NCBI GenBank assembly: GCA_042566505.1
Contig: JBHPKP010000002.1
Span: 14,848-78,847 of the forward strand
DNA from: a bacterium
GTDB taxonomy: Bacteria > RUG730 > JBDRED01 > JBHPKP01
Length of the DNA: 64,000 bases
Reading direction: 5' to 3'
In this document: positions 57,081-64,000 of the stretch, piece after piece
How the letters are laid out: every line of letters starts with the position of its first letter
How positions within the stretch are numbered: position 1 is the stretch's first letter
The notes under the pieces: model-generated
Seen by the model: only the letters and a program-made list of their open reading frames with translations
Told to the model about the DNA's origin: nothing
The model's database searches: none
Program-made: the position numbers and the translations under genes

Positions 57081-58097
57081 TTATCTCGTTAAAACTTTCT
57101 GTCCTCTTTTTACTTTTTCACGCCAATAATTCAATAAATCCTGCATAGTTGTTTCAAATGGAATAATTGGTTTCCAGCCACTATGATCTGTAAATTTTTT
57201 CGTATCAGGAATCTGTAAGTCCGCATCAATTGGTCTAAGTCTGACTTCCTCCACTTCCACCTTTATTTCATCTTTTTTAGTCGATAAACTTATTAAATAA
57301 CTTAACATATCCTTTATTGTGCACGAATATGTTCCGCCAATATTATAATACTCCCCTGCAATCGGATTGTGTGTTGCCAGCATATAATATGCCCTAACAG
57401 CATCCCGAACATCTGCCCATGTACGCATGGAATCAAGGTTCCCAACTTTTACAATTGGCGACAACAAAACACCTTCTTCTATTAAAGCAATTTGTTTTGC
57501 AAATGTTGACTCTGCAAAAACATCACCACGCCTAGGACCGGTATGTGTAAACATTCGCGTTGTCATCACAGTCATTCCATAAGCCTCTGCATAAAATCTA
57601 CCAACCAAATCTGTTCCAACCTTTGATATTGCATATGGCGATGCAGGATGGAATGGCACATCCTCATGAATTGGCGTTAATTCTTTTGGAACCCTACCAA
57701 ACACCTCAGATGATGCACACACATGTATCACTGGCTTGAGTTCGCTTAATCTTATAGCTTCTAAAAGATTGTTTGTGCCAATAATGTTTGTTTGTAATGT
57801 ATCAGCAGGTGAATCAAAACTTGTTTTTGGGTAACTCTGAGCTGCCAAATGAAATACATAATCTGGACTGCTTTCTTTTATTACATGAACTAAAGATCCA
57901 AAGTCATTTAAATCACCATAAATAAAATATACTCTATCCTTATTATTTACCCTTTCTAATAAATGTTCAGTATTATCCAATGGACTGCGCCATCTTGCCA
58001 TACCATAAATATCCCAGTCAGTATTCTCCAACAAAAAGTCAGCTAAATGGGAACCTACCATTCCTGTTATTCCTGTAATTAATGCTCTTTTTTTCAT
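57081..58097 (-). CDS. GDP-mannose 4,6-dehydratase / GDP-4-keto-6-deoxyhexose reductase family (Gmd/Rmd/DmhA-like)
   Basis: Contains ALITGITGMVGSHLADFLL, VFHLAAQSYPKTSF, ASSEVFG, SPYAISKVGTDL (YxxxK) and MFTHTGPRRG. Confidence 0.75.
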   Translation of the reverse strand: MKKRALITGITGMVGSHLADFLLENTDWDIYGMARWRSPLDNTEHLLERVNNKDRVYFIYGDLNDFGSLVHVIKESSPDYVFHLAAQSYPKTSFDSPADTLQTNIIGTNNLLEAIRLSELKPVIHVCASSEVFGRVPKELTPIHEDVPFHPASPYAISKVGTDLVGRFYAEAYGMTVMTTRMFTHTGPRRGDVFAESTFAKQIALIEEGVLLSPIVKVGNLDSMRTWADVRDAVRAYYMLATHNPIAGEYYNIGGTYSCTIKDMLSYLISLSTKKDEIKVEVEEVRLRPIDADLQIPDTKKFTDHSGWKPIIPFETTMQDLLNYWREKVKRGQKVLTR

Positions 58098-58786
58098 ATC
58101 TTTACTCCCTTACTGTTCACCACTCCCACAAACTCATCCTTAAATGAGCATGCAAAAAATGGGTGCGATTTATAATTTTTTCCCAAATAATCTCGTTCAA
58201 AAGAAAATTTCTTTACCTGACTAACTTCTACTCCCTTTAGAATATCTCTTTTTATTAGACATATCCCTGTATTTATATGTCCACTTTTTACTGACTTCTG
58301 TTTTCTGATATTCACAATGCGTCCGTTATCAGCTGTTCGTATAGTATATGCTTTAGAAAAATTCTTCATGTGTTTTGTTGCCACTGTACAAAAAGAATTC
58401 TTTTCAAAATGGAATCCGAAAAGGTTATTTAAATCTATTTTGAACAAATTTCTTCCATCAACATATAAAACATCGTCATATATTGCATACTCTAAAGCTT
58501 TTAACAATGCATTCGCTGTGCCCAAATTTCTTTTTGTTACTGAATAAACTATTTTGGTATCTTTATAATCATTCTTAAAATGATTAAATATTTTTTTATA
58601 ATTAGCTCCCACACATAAAACTATTCGCTTAACATTTTGGTTATTTAAATATTTAACCACTTCCTCCAAAAATGGTTTTCCTTCAAATTTTCTCATGTAA
58701 TCCGGATATTTTCTAAAAACATCCAGAAAACTATTACTATATAAATCTGCCAAAACAATAGCTTCTTTACTTTTTATATTTTTCAT
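58094..58786 (-). CDS. Degenerate nucleotidyltransferase-fold paralogue (probable pseudoenzyme)
   Basis: Colinear with 56358..57077 (GKPFLE, RIVLCVG, IVYS, FSFERDYL), but LAGGLGTRL has become LADLYSNSF, GTGGA has become GTANA, NGDTF has become DGRNL, and IDIGVPEDY is lost. Confidence 0.6.
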   Translation of the reverse strand: MKNIKSKEAIVLADLYSNSFLDVFRKYPDYMRKFEGKPFLEEVVKYLNNQNVKRIVLCVGANYKKIFNHFKNDYKDTKIVYSVTKRNLGTANALLKALEYAIYDDVLYVDGRNLFKIDLNNLFGFHFEKNSFCTVATKHMKNFSKAYTIRTADNGRIVNIRKQKSVKSGHINTGICLIKRDILKGVEVSQVKKFSFERDYLGKNYKSHPFFACSFKDEFVGVVNSKGVKI

Positions 58787-58832
58787 TAAATTACTCTTTT
58801 CCTGAATTTTTGGACTCGCAATACTAAAATTC

Positions 58833-59759
58833 TTAGTTCTTTCTAAACCAATCTATTGTTCTGGTAAGCCCTTCTTCTATGTCAATCTGCGGCTGCCATT
58901 TTAAAACCTTTTTTGCTTTTCTTATGTCAGGTTGCCTAACCTTTGGATCATCGATAGGTAATGGTTCGAATACATTTTTTGCTTTTGATTTAGTGATTTT
59001 TTTTATTTTATTAGCGAGTTCTAATAATGACATTTCATTTGGATTTCCAATATTTACAGGCTCATTTTCCTTCGATAAAAGCAGGTTATATATACCACGT
59101 ACCAAATCAGAAATGTAGCAGAAGCTGCGTGTCTGTTTGCCTTTTCCGTATATAGTAATCGGTTTGTTTTTGATAGCTTGACACACAAAATTTGGAATTG
59201 CTCTCCCATCGTTTTTCCTCATACGCTCACCAAATGTATTAAAAATACGAACAATACGTGTATCTATTTTGTGATACCTGTGATAAGCAAGTGTTAAAGC
59301 CTCTGCGAACCTTTTGGCTTCGTCATAAACACCACGCGGACCTATTGGATTTACATTGCCCCAATAACTTTCGGGCTGTGGATGAACAAGAGGATCACCA
59401 TAAACCTCAGATGTTGATGCAAGCAAAAACTTAGCTTTCTTTTCCTTAGCAAGCCCCAAGACTTTATGAGTCCCCAATGCTCCAACTTTTAATGTTTGTA
59501 TTGGAAGCTTTAAATAATCGATCGGACTTGCAGGTGATGCAAAATGAAGAATAGCATCCAATTTCCCGGGTACATGTATAAATTCTGTCACATCCTGTTG
59601 AACAAACTTAAAATTTTTATTCCCAAAAAGGTGTTCAATGTTTTTTATATTGCCAGTCAAAAGATTATCCATGCAAATAACTTTATGCTTGTTCTCTAAA
59701 AAATAGTCACATAAATGAGACCCTATAAATCCTGCGCCACCGGTTATTAATACCTTCAT
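58833..59759 (-). CDS. uxs: UDP-glucuronate decarboxylase (UDP-xylose synthase)
   Basis: Contains [73 protein letters not shown] and [13 protein letters not shown]. Confidence 0.88.
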   Translation of the reverse strand: MKVLITGGAGFIGSHLCDYFLENKHKVICMDNLLTGNIKNIEHLFGNKNFKFVQQDVTEFIHVPGKLDAILHFASPASPIDYLKLPIQTLKVGALGTHKVLGLAKEKKAKFLLASTSEVYGDPLVHPQPESYWGNVNPIGPRGVYDEAKRFAEALTLAYHRYHKIDTRIVRIFNTFGERMRKNDGRAIPNFVCQAIKNKPITIYGKGKQTRSFCYISDLVRGIYNLLLSKENEPVNIGNPNEMSLLELANKIKKITKSKAKNVFEPLPIDDPKVRQPDIRKAKKVLKWQPQIDIEEGLTRTIDWFRKN

Positions 59760-61054
59760 TATCGACCAACTCCTTTATAAATAAATTTCATATGTTCTAA
59801 CATTTCTTTATCATAAAAATTTCGCCCATCAATAATAATAGGCGTAATAAGAAGTTTTTTCACTTTATGAAAATCAATTTTTTTAAACTGCTTCCACTCA
59901 GTCAAAAGAATCATAGCATGAGTATCTTTGACAGCATCATATGGATCCTTGCAAAAAATGACAGACTCCGGCAAAACTTGCTTTGCTTTTTCCATTGCAA
60001 CAGGATCATAGACCTTTACCTTTGCACCTTCTTTAATGAGTTCATTAATTAAAAATATCGAAGGAGACTCGCGCATATCATCAGTTTCCGGCTTAAATGA
60101 AAGACCCAGGATCGAAACTGTTTTATCATTAAGCGTCCACAGTGCTTCACGAATTTTCTCGAGAAACGAAACTTTTTGTGAGTAATTAATCTCTTTTACA
60201 CATTTTAACAATTTAAAATCATAGCCATCTTTTCCGGCTATACTTATAAATGCTGACAAATCCTTTGGGAAACAGCTACCCCCAAAACCAACACCAGCAT
60301 TCAGAAAATCTTTTCCTATCCTATGATCAAATCCCATACCTTTTGCAACTTGCAAAACATCAGCCCCAACTTTTTCACAAAATTGTGCAACTGCATTTAT
60401 GTAAGATATTTTTAAAGCAAGAAATGAGTTTGATGCATGTTTTATAAGTTCAGCACTTTCAATATCAGTATGCAGAATCGGCGCTTTAATTTGTCTATAT
60501 ATTTTGTCCATAATTTTTTTTGCATTTTCAGATTCTGATCCTATCACAACTCTATCCGGCTTCATAAAATCTTTTACCGCACTTCCTTCACGCAAAAACT
60601 CAGGATTTGATACAACATCAAACTTAATATGTTTTTTGCAGTATAGATTAACAGCATCTTTTATTTTTTTACCGGTTTCTACAGGAACAGTACTTTTACT
60701 TACAATAATTTTGTATTCCGTCATATTTGTTGCAATCTCTCTGGATACATTTTCAACGTACGACATATCAACATCACCATTTTCTTTTGATGGAGTGTTT
60801 ACTGCAATGAAAATCACATCGCTTTTATGAACTGCATCATGTAAATCAGTTGTAAAGGTAAGTCTTTTATTGGCTGCATTCTTTTTTATGAGTTTATCTA
60901 AACCCGGCTCATAAATTGGAACTTTTCCCGTTTTCAAAAGTTCAATTTTCTCTTTATTATTATCTACACAAATAACTTTGTTCCCAATATCTGCAAGACA
61001 AGTACCACTAACTAACCCCACATAACCTGAACCAATTATTGAAATCTTAACCAC
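59759..61054 (-). CDS. ugd: UDP-glucose 6-dehydrogenase
   Basis: Contains [36 protein letters not shown] (catalytic Cys) and [13 protein letters not shown]. Confidence 0.9.
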   Translation of the reverse strand: MVKISIIGSGYVGLVSGTCLADIGNKVICVDNNKEKIELLKTGKVPIYEPGLDKLIKKNAANKRLTFTTDLHDAVHKSDVIFIAVNTPSKENGDVDMSYVENVSREIATNMTEYKIIVSKSTVPVETGKKIKDAVNLYCKKHIKFDVVSNPEFLREGSAVKDFMKPDRVVIGSESENAKKIMDKIYRQIKAPILHTDIESAELIKHASNSFLALKISYINAVAQFCEKVGADVLQVAKGMGFDHRIGKDFLNAGVGFGGSCFPKDLSAFISIAGKDGYDFKLLKCVKEINYSQKVSFLEKIREALWTLNDKTVSILGLSFKPETDDMRESPSIFLINELIKEGAKVKVYDPVAMEKAKQVLPESVIFCKDPYDAVKDTHAMILLTEWKQFKKIDFHKVKKLLITPIIIDGRNFYDKEMLEHMKFIYKGVGR

Positions 61055-62039
61055 TTTTTTCCTCCAGATTATCTTCCTGCATTTTCAAGTCACGAAAACT
61101 CATGCCTTCATTCCATAAGAAATAAAAACCTGCAATTGATATTACCAGAATCTGAAAAGCATGTACGAAAAGCGCAAAACTCAAGGCCTCTGTTTTGCCA
61201 ACACCCAAAACTGCAAATCCTGCAATTGTTGTTGCCTCAAAAACCCCAATATAACCGGGTGCAGAAGGAACCATCACACCAAGACATATCACAACCATCA
61301 AGAATAAGCATCCTGCATAACTTACAGAAATACCGAATGCTACTGTCAAAATATAATATACACCACCTTCAAAAAGCCAAATAAACAAAGAAAGTCCAAT
61401 TACTTGAATAAAGTGGTGCGCATGGCTAAAAGATTCCAAACCATCTAAAAACATATGAACTATATGAAGTAATTTATCTTTAAATTTAAATTTTGGGAGT
61501 TTTTCAAAAATATATACAATCAATCTCCGTTCTTTTCTGGAAATAAGAAGAACAATAAAAATAATTAATGTGATAGCAAGCAACACTACAGAACTATTTC
61601 TCACACTAATCGGTATAGCTATTTTTTTGAACAGAAAGAAAACCGAAAATAATATAGCTAACAAAGCAAGCATATCTAATATACGCTCAACAACAACAGT
61701 TGCTGCAACTTTACTATTTTTTAGTGAAAGTTTTTTTGATGTCAAATAAACTCTTAACACTTCCCCCATTCTAAACGGCAAAAAATTATTCGCCATAATA
61801 CCAATTGTAAAAAAATGCATAAGCCTGTATGTTGATATGTGTTTGGGTTTATTGAAGAGAATTTTCCATCTATATCCTTTTAGATACAAATTTACAATTA
61901 GAAGAACCGATACCAAAAGTATCCAAAGATAATTCACCCTTTTAAAACTAAGCATTAGTTCATGAAAATCAATTTTTCTAAAAATAAATATAATTAAAAC
62001 AATACTTATAATACTTCCGATACCTATGTGTTTTTTCAT
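61047..62039 (-). CDS. UPF0104 / lysyl-PG-synthase-TM-region-like (flippase-like) membrane protein
   Basis: 330 aa with ~8 TM segments. FRKIDFHELMLSFKRVNYLWILL...LKGYRWKILF is the typical N-terminal block of this family. It overlaps both ackA and ugd. Confidence 0.6.
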   Translation of the reverse strand: MKKHIGIGSIISIVLIIFIFRKIDFHELMLSFKRVNYLWILLVSVLLIVNLYLKGYRWKILFNKPKHISTYRLMHFFTIGIMANNFLPFRMGEVLRVYLTSKKLSLKNSKVAATVVVERILDMLALLAILFSVFFLFKKIAIPISVRNSSVVLLAITLIIFIVLLISRKERRLIVYIFEKLPKFKFKDKLLHIVHMFLDGLESFSHAHHFIQVIGLSLFIWLFEGGVYYILTVAFGISVSYAGCLFLMVVICLGVMVPSAPGYIGVFEATTIAGFAVLGVGKTEALSFALFVHAFQILVISIAGFYFLWNEGMSFRDLKMQEDNLEEKSG

Positions 62040-63259
62040 TTTTTATCCTTTATTTTTAATGAATCAACTATCGTTTTAGTATCACGTGCAATAAGCAATT
62101 CTTCATTCGTCGGTATAACCATAATAGGCACTTTTGATCTAAAACGTGAAATCAAGCCTTCTTTTCCGTCTATCATTTTGTTATTTTTATTTTTATCAAT
62201 TTTTATTCCAAAGAAATCCATGTCAGAACAAATTTTTTCACGAATATATGCACTATTTTCACCAACTCCTGCTGTAAAAACCAAAGCATCAAAACCATTG
62301 AGACTAGCAACATATGCACCAATATATTTTTTAATTCTATAACAATAAACACTTAATGCCAAGTTTGCACGATCACTGCCTTCATTTACAGATTTTATGA
62401 GTTCACGCATGTCATTACTAATACCTGACAATCCTAATAATCCACTATGTTTATTCAAAAGATTATCAACTTCAACTATTGTCATACCCATTTTTGATGC
62501 AAGATAGGTCACAATAGCAGGATCAATATCACCACAGCGTGTACCCATTACAAGACCTTCAAGCGGAGTAAAACCCATAGAAGTATCGACAGATTTACCT
62601 TTATCAACCGCTGTAATGCTAGCTCCATTACCAAGATGACATGTAATTATTTTGAGTTTATTAATTGATTTTTTTAAAAGCTTTGCGGCCCTATATGAAA
62701 CATATCTATGTGACGTACCATGAAAACCGTATCTTCGTATACTGTGCTTTAGATACTCTGAATATGGAAGACCATACAAATATGAAAAGTCAGGAAGCGT
62801 TTGATGAAATGCAGTATCAAAACTTGCAACCTGCGGTACTCCCGGAAGTATCTCATCTATTGCATTTATACCTCGAAAATTGTGAGGATTATGCAGTGGA
62901 GCAAGATCTATACAGTCACGTATCATAGCTTTTACTTCGTTATTTATCAAAACCGAACCGGAAAATTTGTCACCGCCATGCACAACTCTATGCCCAACAG
63001 CTTTTACATCCGTAATTTTTTTCAATGTACCGCATTCCGGGGCCAAAAGCATTTCAATAACCTTTTCAATACCTTTGCTATGATTCAAAATTTCACATAC
63101 TTTTTTAATATGTATATCATCACCACACCAATGGTTTAAAAGTGCATTAACTGTACCAATCCGTTCAATAACACCATGCGCTAAAAGCGTTTCATTGGTC
63201 ATTGAAATTAATTTATATTTTACTGATGAGCTGCCGCAATTAAGCACCAATATATTCAC
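62036..63259 (-). CDS. ackA: Acetate kinase
   Basis: Contains MNILVLNCGSSSVKYKL, VGHRVVHGG, HNP, FDTAFHQT, YGFHGTSH and CHLGNGASI. Confidence 0.93.
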   Translation of the reverse strand: MNILVLNCGSSSVKYKLISMTNETLLAHGVIERIGTVNALLNHWCGDDIHIKKVCEILNHSKGIEKVIEMLLAPECGTLKKITDVKAVGHRVVHGGDKFSGSVLINNEVKAMIRDCIDLAPLHNPHNFRGINAIDEILPGVPQVASFDTAFHQTLPDFSYLYGLPYSEYLKHSIRRYGFHGTSHRYVSYRAAKLLKKSINKLKIITCHLGNGASITAVDKGKSVDTSMGFTPLEGLVMGTRCGDIDPAIVTYLASKMGMTIVEVDNLLNKHSGLLGLSGISNDMRELIKSVNEGSDRANLALSVYCYRIKKYIGAYVASLNGFDALVFTAGVGENSAYIREKICSDMDFFGIKIDKNKNNKMIDGKEGLISRFRSKVPIMVIPTNEELLIARDTKTIVDSLKIKDKK

Positions 63260-63278
63260 TGTTCCTCCGAAACTTTTA

Positions 63279-63788
63279 TTATATTACACTTTTTCCTTTT
63301 GAGTCAATTCCTACGATCACAGGGAAATTTTCGATTGTAAGCTTGTATATAGCTTCGGACAAAAGTTCCGGGTATGCAACTGGTTCTATTTTTTTCACAC
63401 ATTCAGAAAGAAGCGCGCCGCATCCACCCGGCGCAACCAAATACACTGCTTTATACTTTTTGATAGCAGCCACAACATCCGGGGATCTTTTGCCTTTTCC
63501 GATCATTGCACACAAACCTTTTGAGAGAAGGTATGGTGTGAATGAGTCCATTCTCCCACTTGTTGTAGGCCCGCAAGAACCTATTATCCTGCCGGATGGA
63601 GCAGGAGTCGGTCCCACATAATATAGAGTTTGCTTATTAATATCGAAAGGGATTTTTTTTGAATCAAAGATTTTTTTATGAGCAGCATCGCGAGCTGTAT
63701 AAACTATTCCATTTAAACTCAGTTCGTCTCCTGCTTTTAAAGTTTTAATAATTTTATCTGAAAATGGTAATTGAATTTGTTTAATCAT
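63279..63788 (-). CDS. Fe-S hydro-lyase beta subunit (class I fumarate hydratase / tartrate dehydratase, C-terminal type)
   Basis: 169 aa. Contains NGIVYTARDAAHKK, YYVGPTPAP...GSCGPTTSGRMD and AMIGKGKRS. Confidence 0.85.
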   Translation of the reverse strand: MIKQIQLPFSDKIIKTLKAGDELSLNGIVYTARDAAHKKIFDSKKIPFDINKQTLYYVGPTPAPSGRIIGSCGPTTSGRMDSFTPYLLSKGLCAMIGKGKRSPDVVAAIKKYKAVYLVAPGGCGALLSECVKKIEPVAYPELLSEAIYKLTIENFPVIVGIDSKGKSVI

Positions 63789-63797
63789 AATTAAAAA

Positions 63798-64000
63798 CTA
63801 ACTCTCAACAAGAACTTCCGGCCTAGGTTCATGATTATTGTTTTTTGTGTAGTAAAAATGCCTTAATGCAGCCTTCGCAACATTAGCTAAATGATCACCA
63901 ACTTTTTCAAGATTATTTAAAAGGTTCACATATACCAAAGCACTTTCTGCAGTACACTTTTTATTAATTAACCTATCCGCATGTTTGTTTAAAAAATCTT
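63798..64000 (-). CDS. C-terminal fragment of a PhoU-domain protein (PhoU or Na/Pi-cotransporter C-terminal region), N-terminus outside window
   Basis: Manual minus-strand translation gives DFLNKHADRLINKKCTAESALVYVNLLNNLEKVGDHLANVAKAALRHFYYTKNNNHEPRPEVLVES, with stop TAG at 63800..63798. LEK(V/I)GDHxxN(V/I)A is the PhoU-repeat signature. Confidence 0.5.
   Translation of the reverse strand, partial: DFLNKHADRLINKKCTAESALVYVNLLNNLEKVGDHLANVAKAALRHFYYTKNNNHEPRPEVLVES

Noticed and set aside
109-63621. All plus-strand ORFs in the supplied track (60-146 aa; for example 109..324, 12841..13272, 18046..18456, 38151..38591, 60504..60830)
   Set aside because: Every one lies entirely antisense within a long minus-strand gene that has clear family motifs. 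Their products are low-complexity with no recognisable motif and no RBS context. They are shadow ORFs.
62036-64000. ackA, the fumarate hydratase beta subunit and the PhoU-like fragment as functional parts of the glycan system
   Set aside because: These are standard central-metabolism or phosphate-homeostasis genes. Only their physical coupling to the locus is noteworthy, and that is reported separately.
1-64000. Scan for CRISPR arrays, tRNA/rRNA genes, IS elements or long dispersed repeats
   Set aside because: Intergenic space is minimal, with the longest gap 240 nt. I saw no repeat-spacer periodicity, cloverleaf-like GC-rich segment or transposase-like ORF. The only repeats noted are the 58-bp pair at the KilA-N insert and the gene-level paralogues.

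Overview
Low-GC bacterial window. All ~55 supportable genes lie on the minus strand, mostly joined by tiny gaps or 1-4 nt overlaps (ATGA / TAATG junctions). About 62 kb (1..62039) is a single surface-glycan biosynthesis super-locus (O-antigen, capsule or teichoic-like). On the minus strand it follows directly after housekeeping genes: a PhoU-like fragment, a class-I fumarate hydratase beta subunit and ackA (62036..64000).

Modules in transcription order (high to low coordinates):
- UPF0104 membrane protein, Ugd and UDP-xylose synthase.
- A GDP-hexose/heptose-type cassette: a degenerate nucleotidyltransferase, a Gmd-like dehydratase and an intact nucleotidyltransferase.
- A single KilA-N gene inserted with 58-bp flanking direct repeats.
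- A cupin and a GDPD-like phosphodiesterase.
- A B12-radical-SAM enzyme plus a pentose/alditol-phosphate cassette: 2 Zn-ADHs, an Rpe-like enzyme, a TIM-barrel isomerase, 2 nucleotidyltransferases and a GT2.
- A cassette of DUF4956, a lipoprotein phosphoesterase, a CotH-kinase/beta-helix protein and a VTC domain protein.
- Two tandem ~885-aa membrane paralogues.
- A second RfbS-like / GT2 / SDR module.
- A Wzm/Wzt ABC exporter.
- A cassette of GHMP kinase, SDR, ThDP enzyme, HpcH aldolase, SDR and DHQS-like enzyme.
- GtrB-like and GtrA-like genes.
- A CDP-3,6-dideoxyhexose pathway (rfbF, rfbG, RfbS-like, rfbE, rfbH) that lacks the E3 reductase.
- A MurJ-type flippase and a GT4.

Five Dpm1/GtrB-like GT2 enzymes and eight 600-900-aa polytopic membrane proteins dominate the locus. 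I recognised no priming phosphoglycosyltransferase, Wzy, Wzz or WaaL. I saw no rRNA, tRNA, CRISPR, transposase or integrase.

The most novel-looking element is the VTC / DUF4956 / exported CotH / phosphoesterase cassette (37317..42463) embedded in the glycan locus. All functional calls rest on by-eye motif recognition in the translated ORFs; no searches were run.
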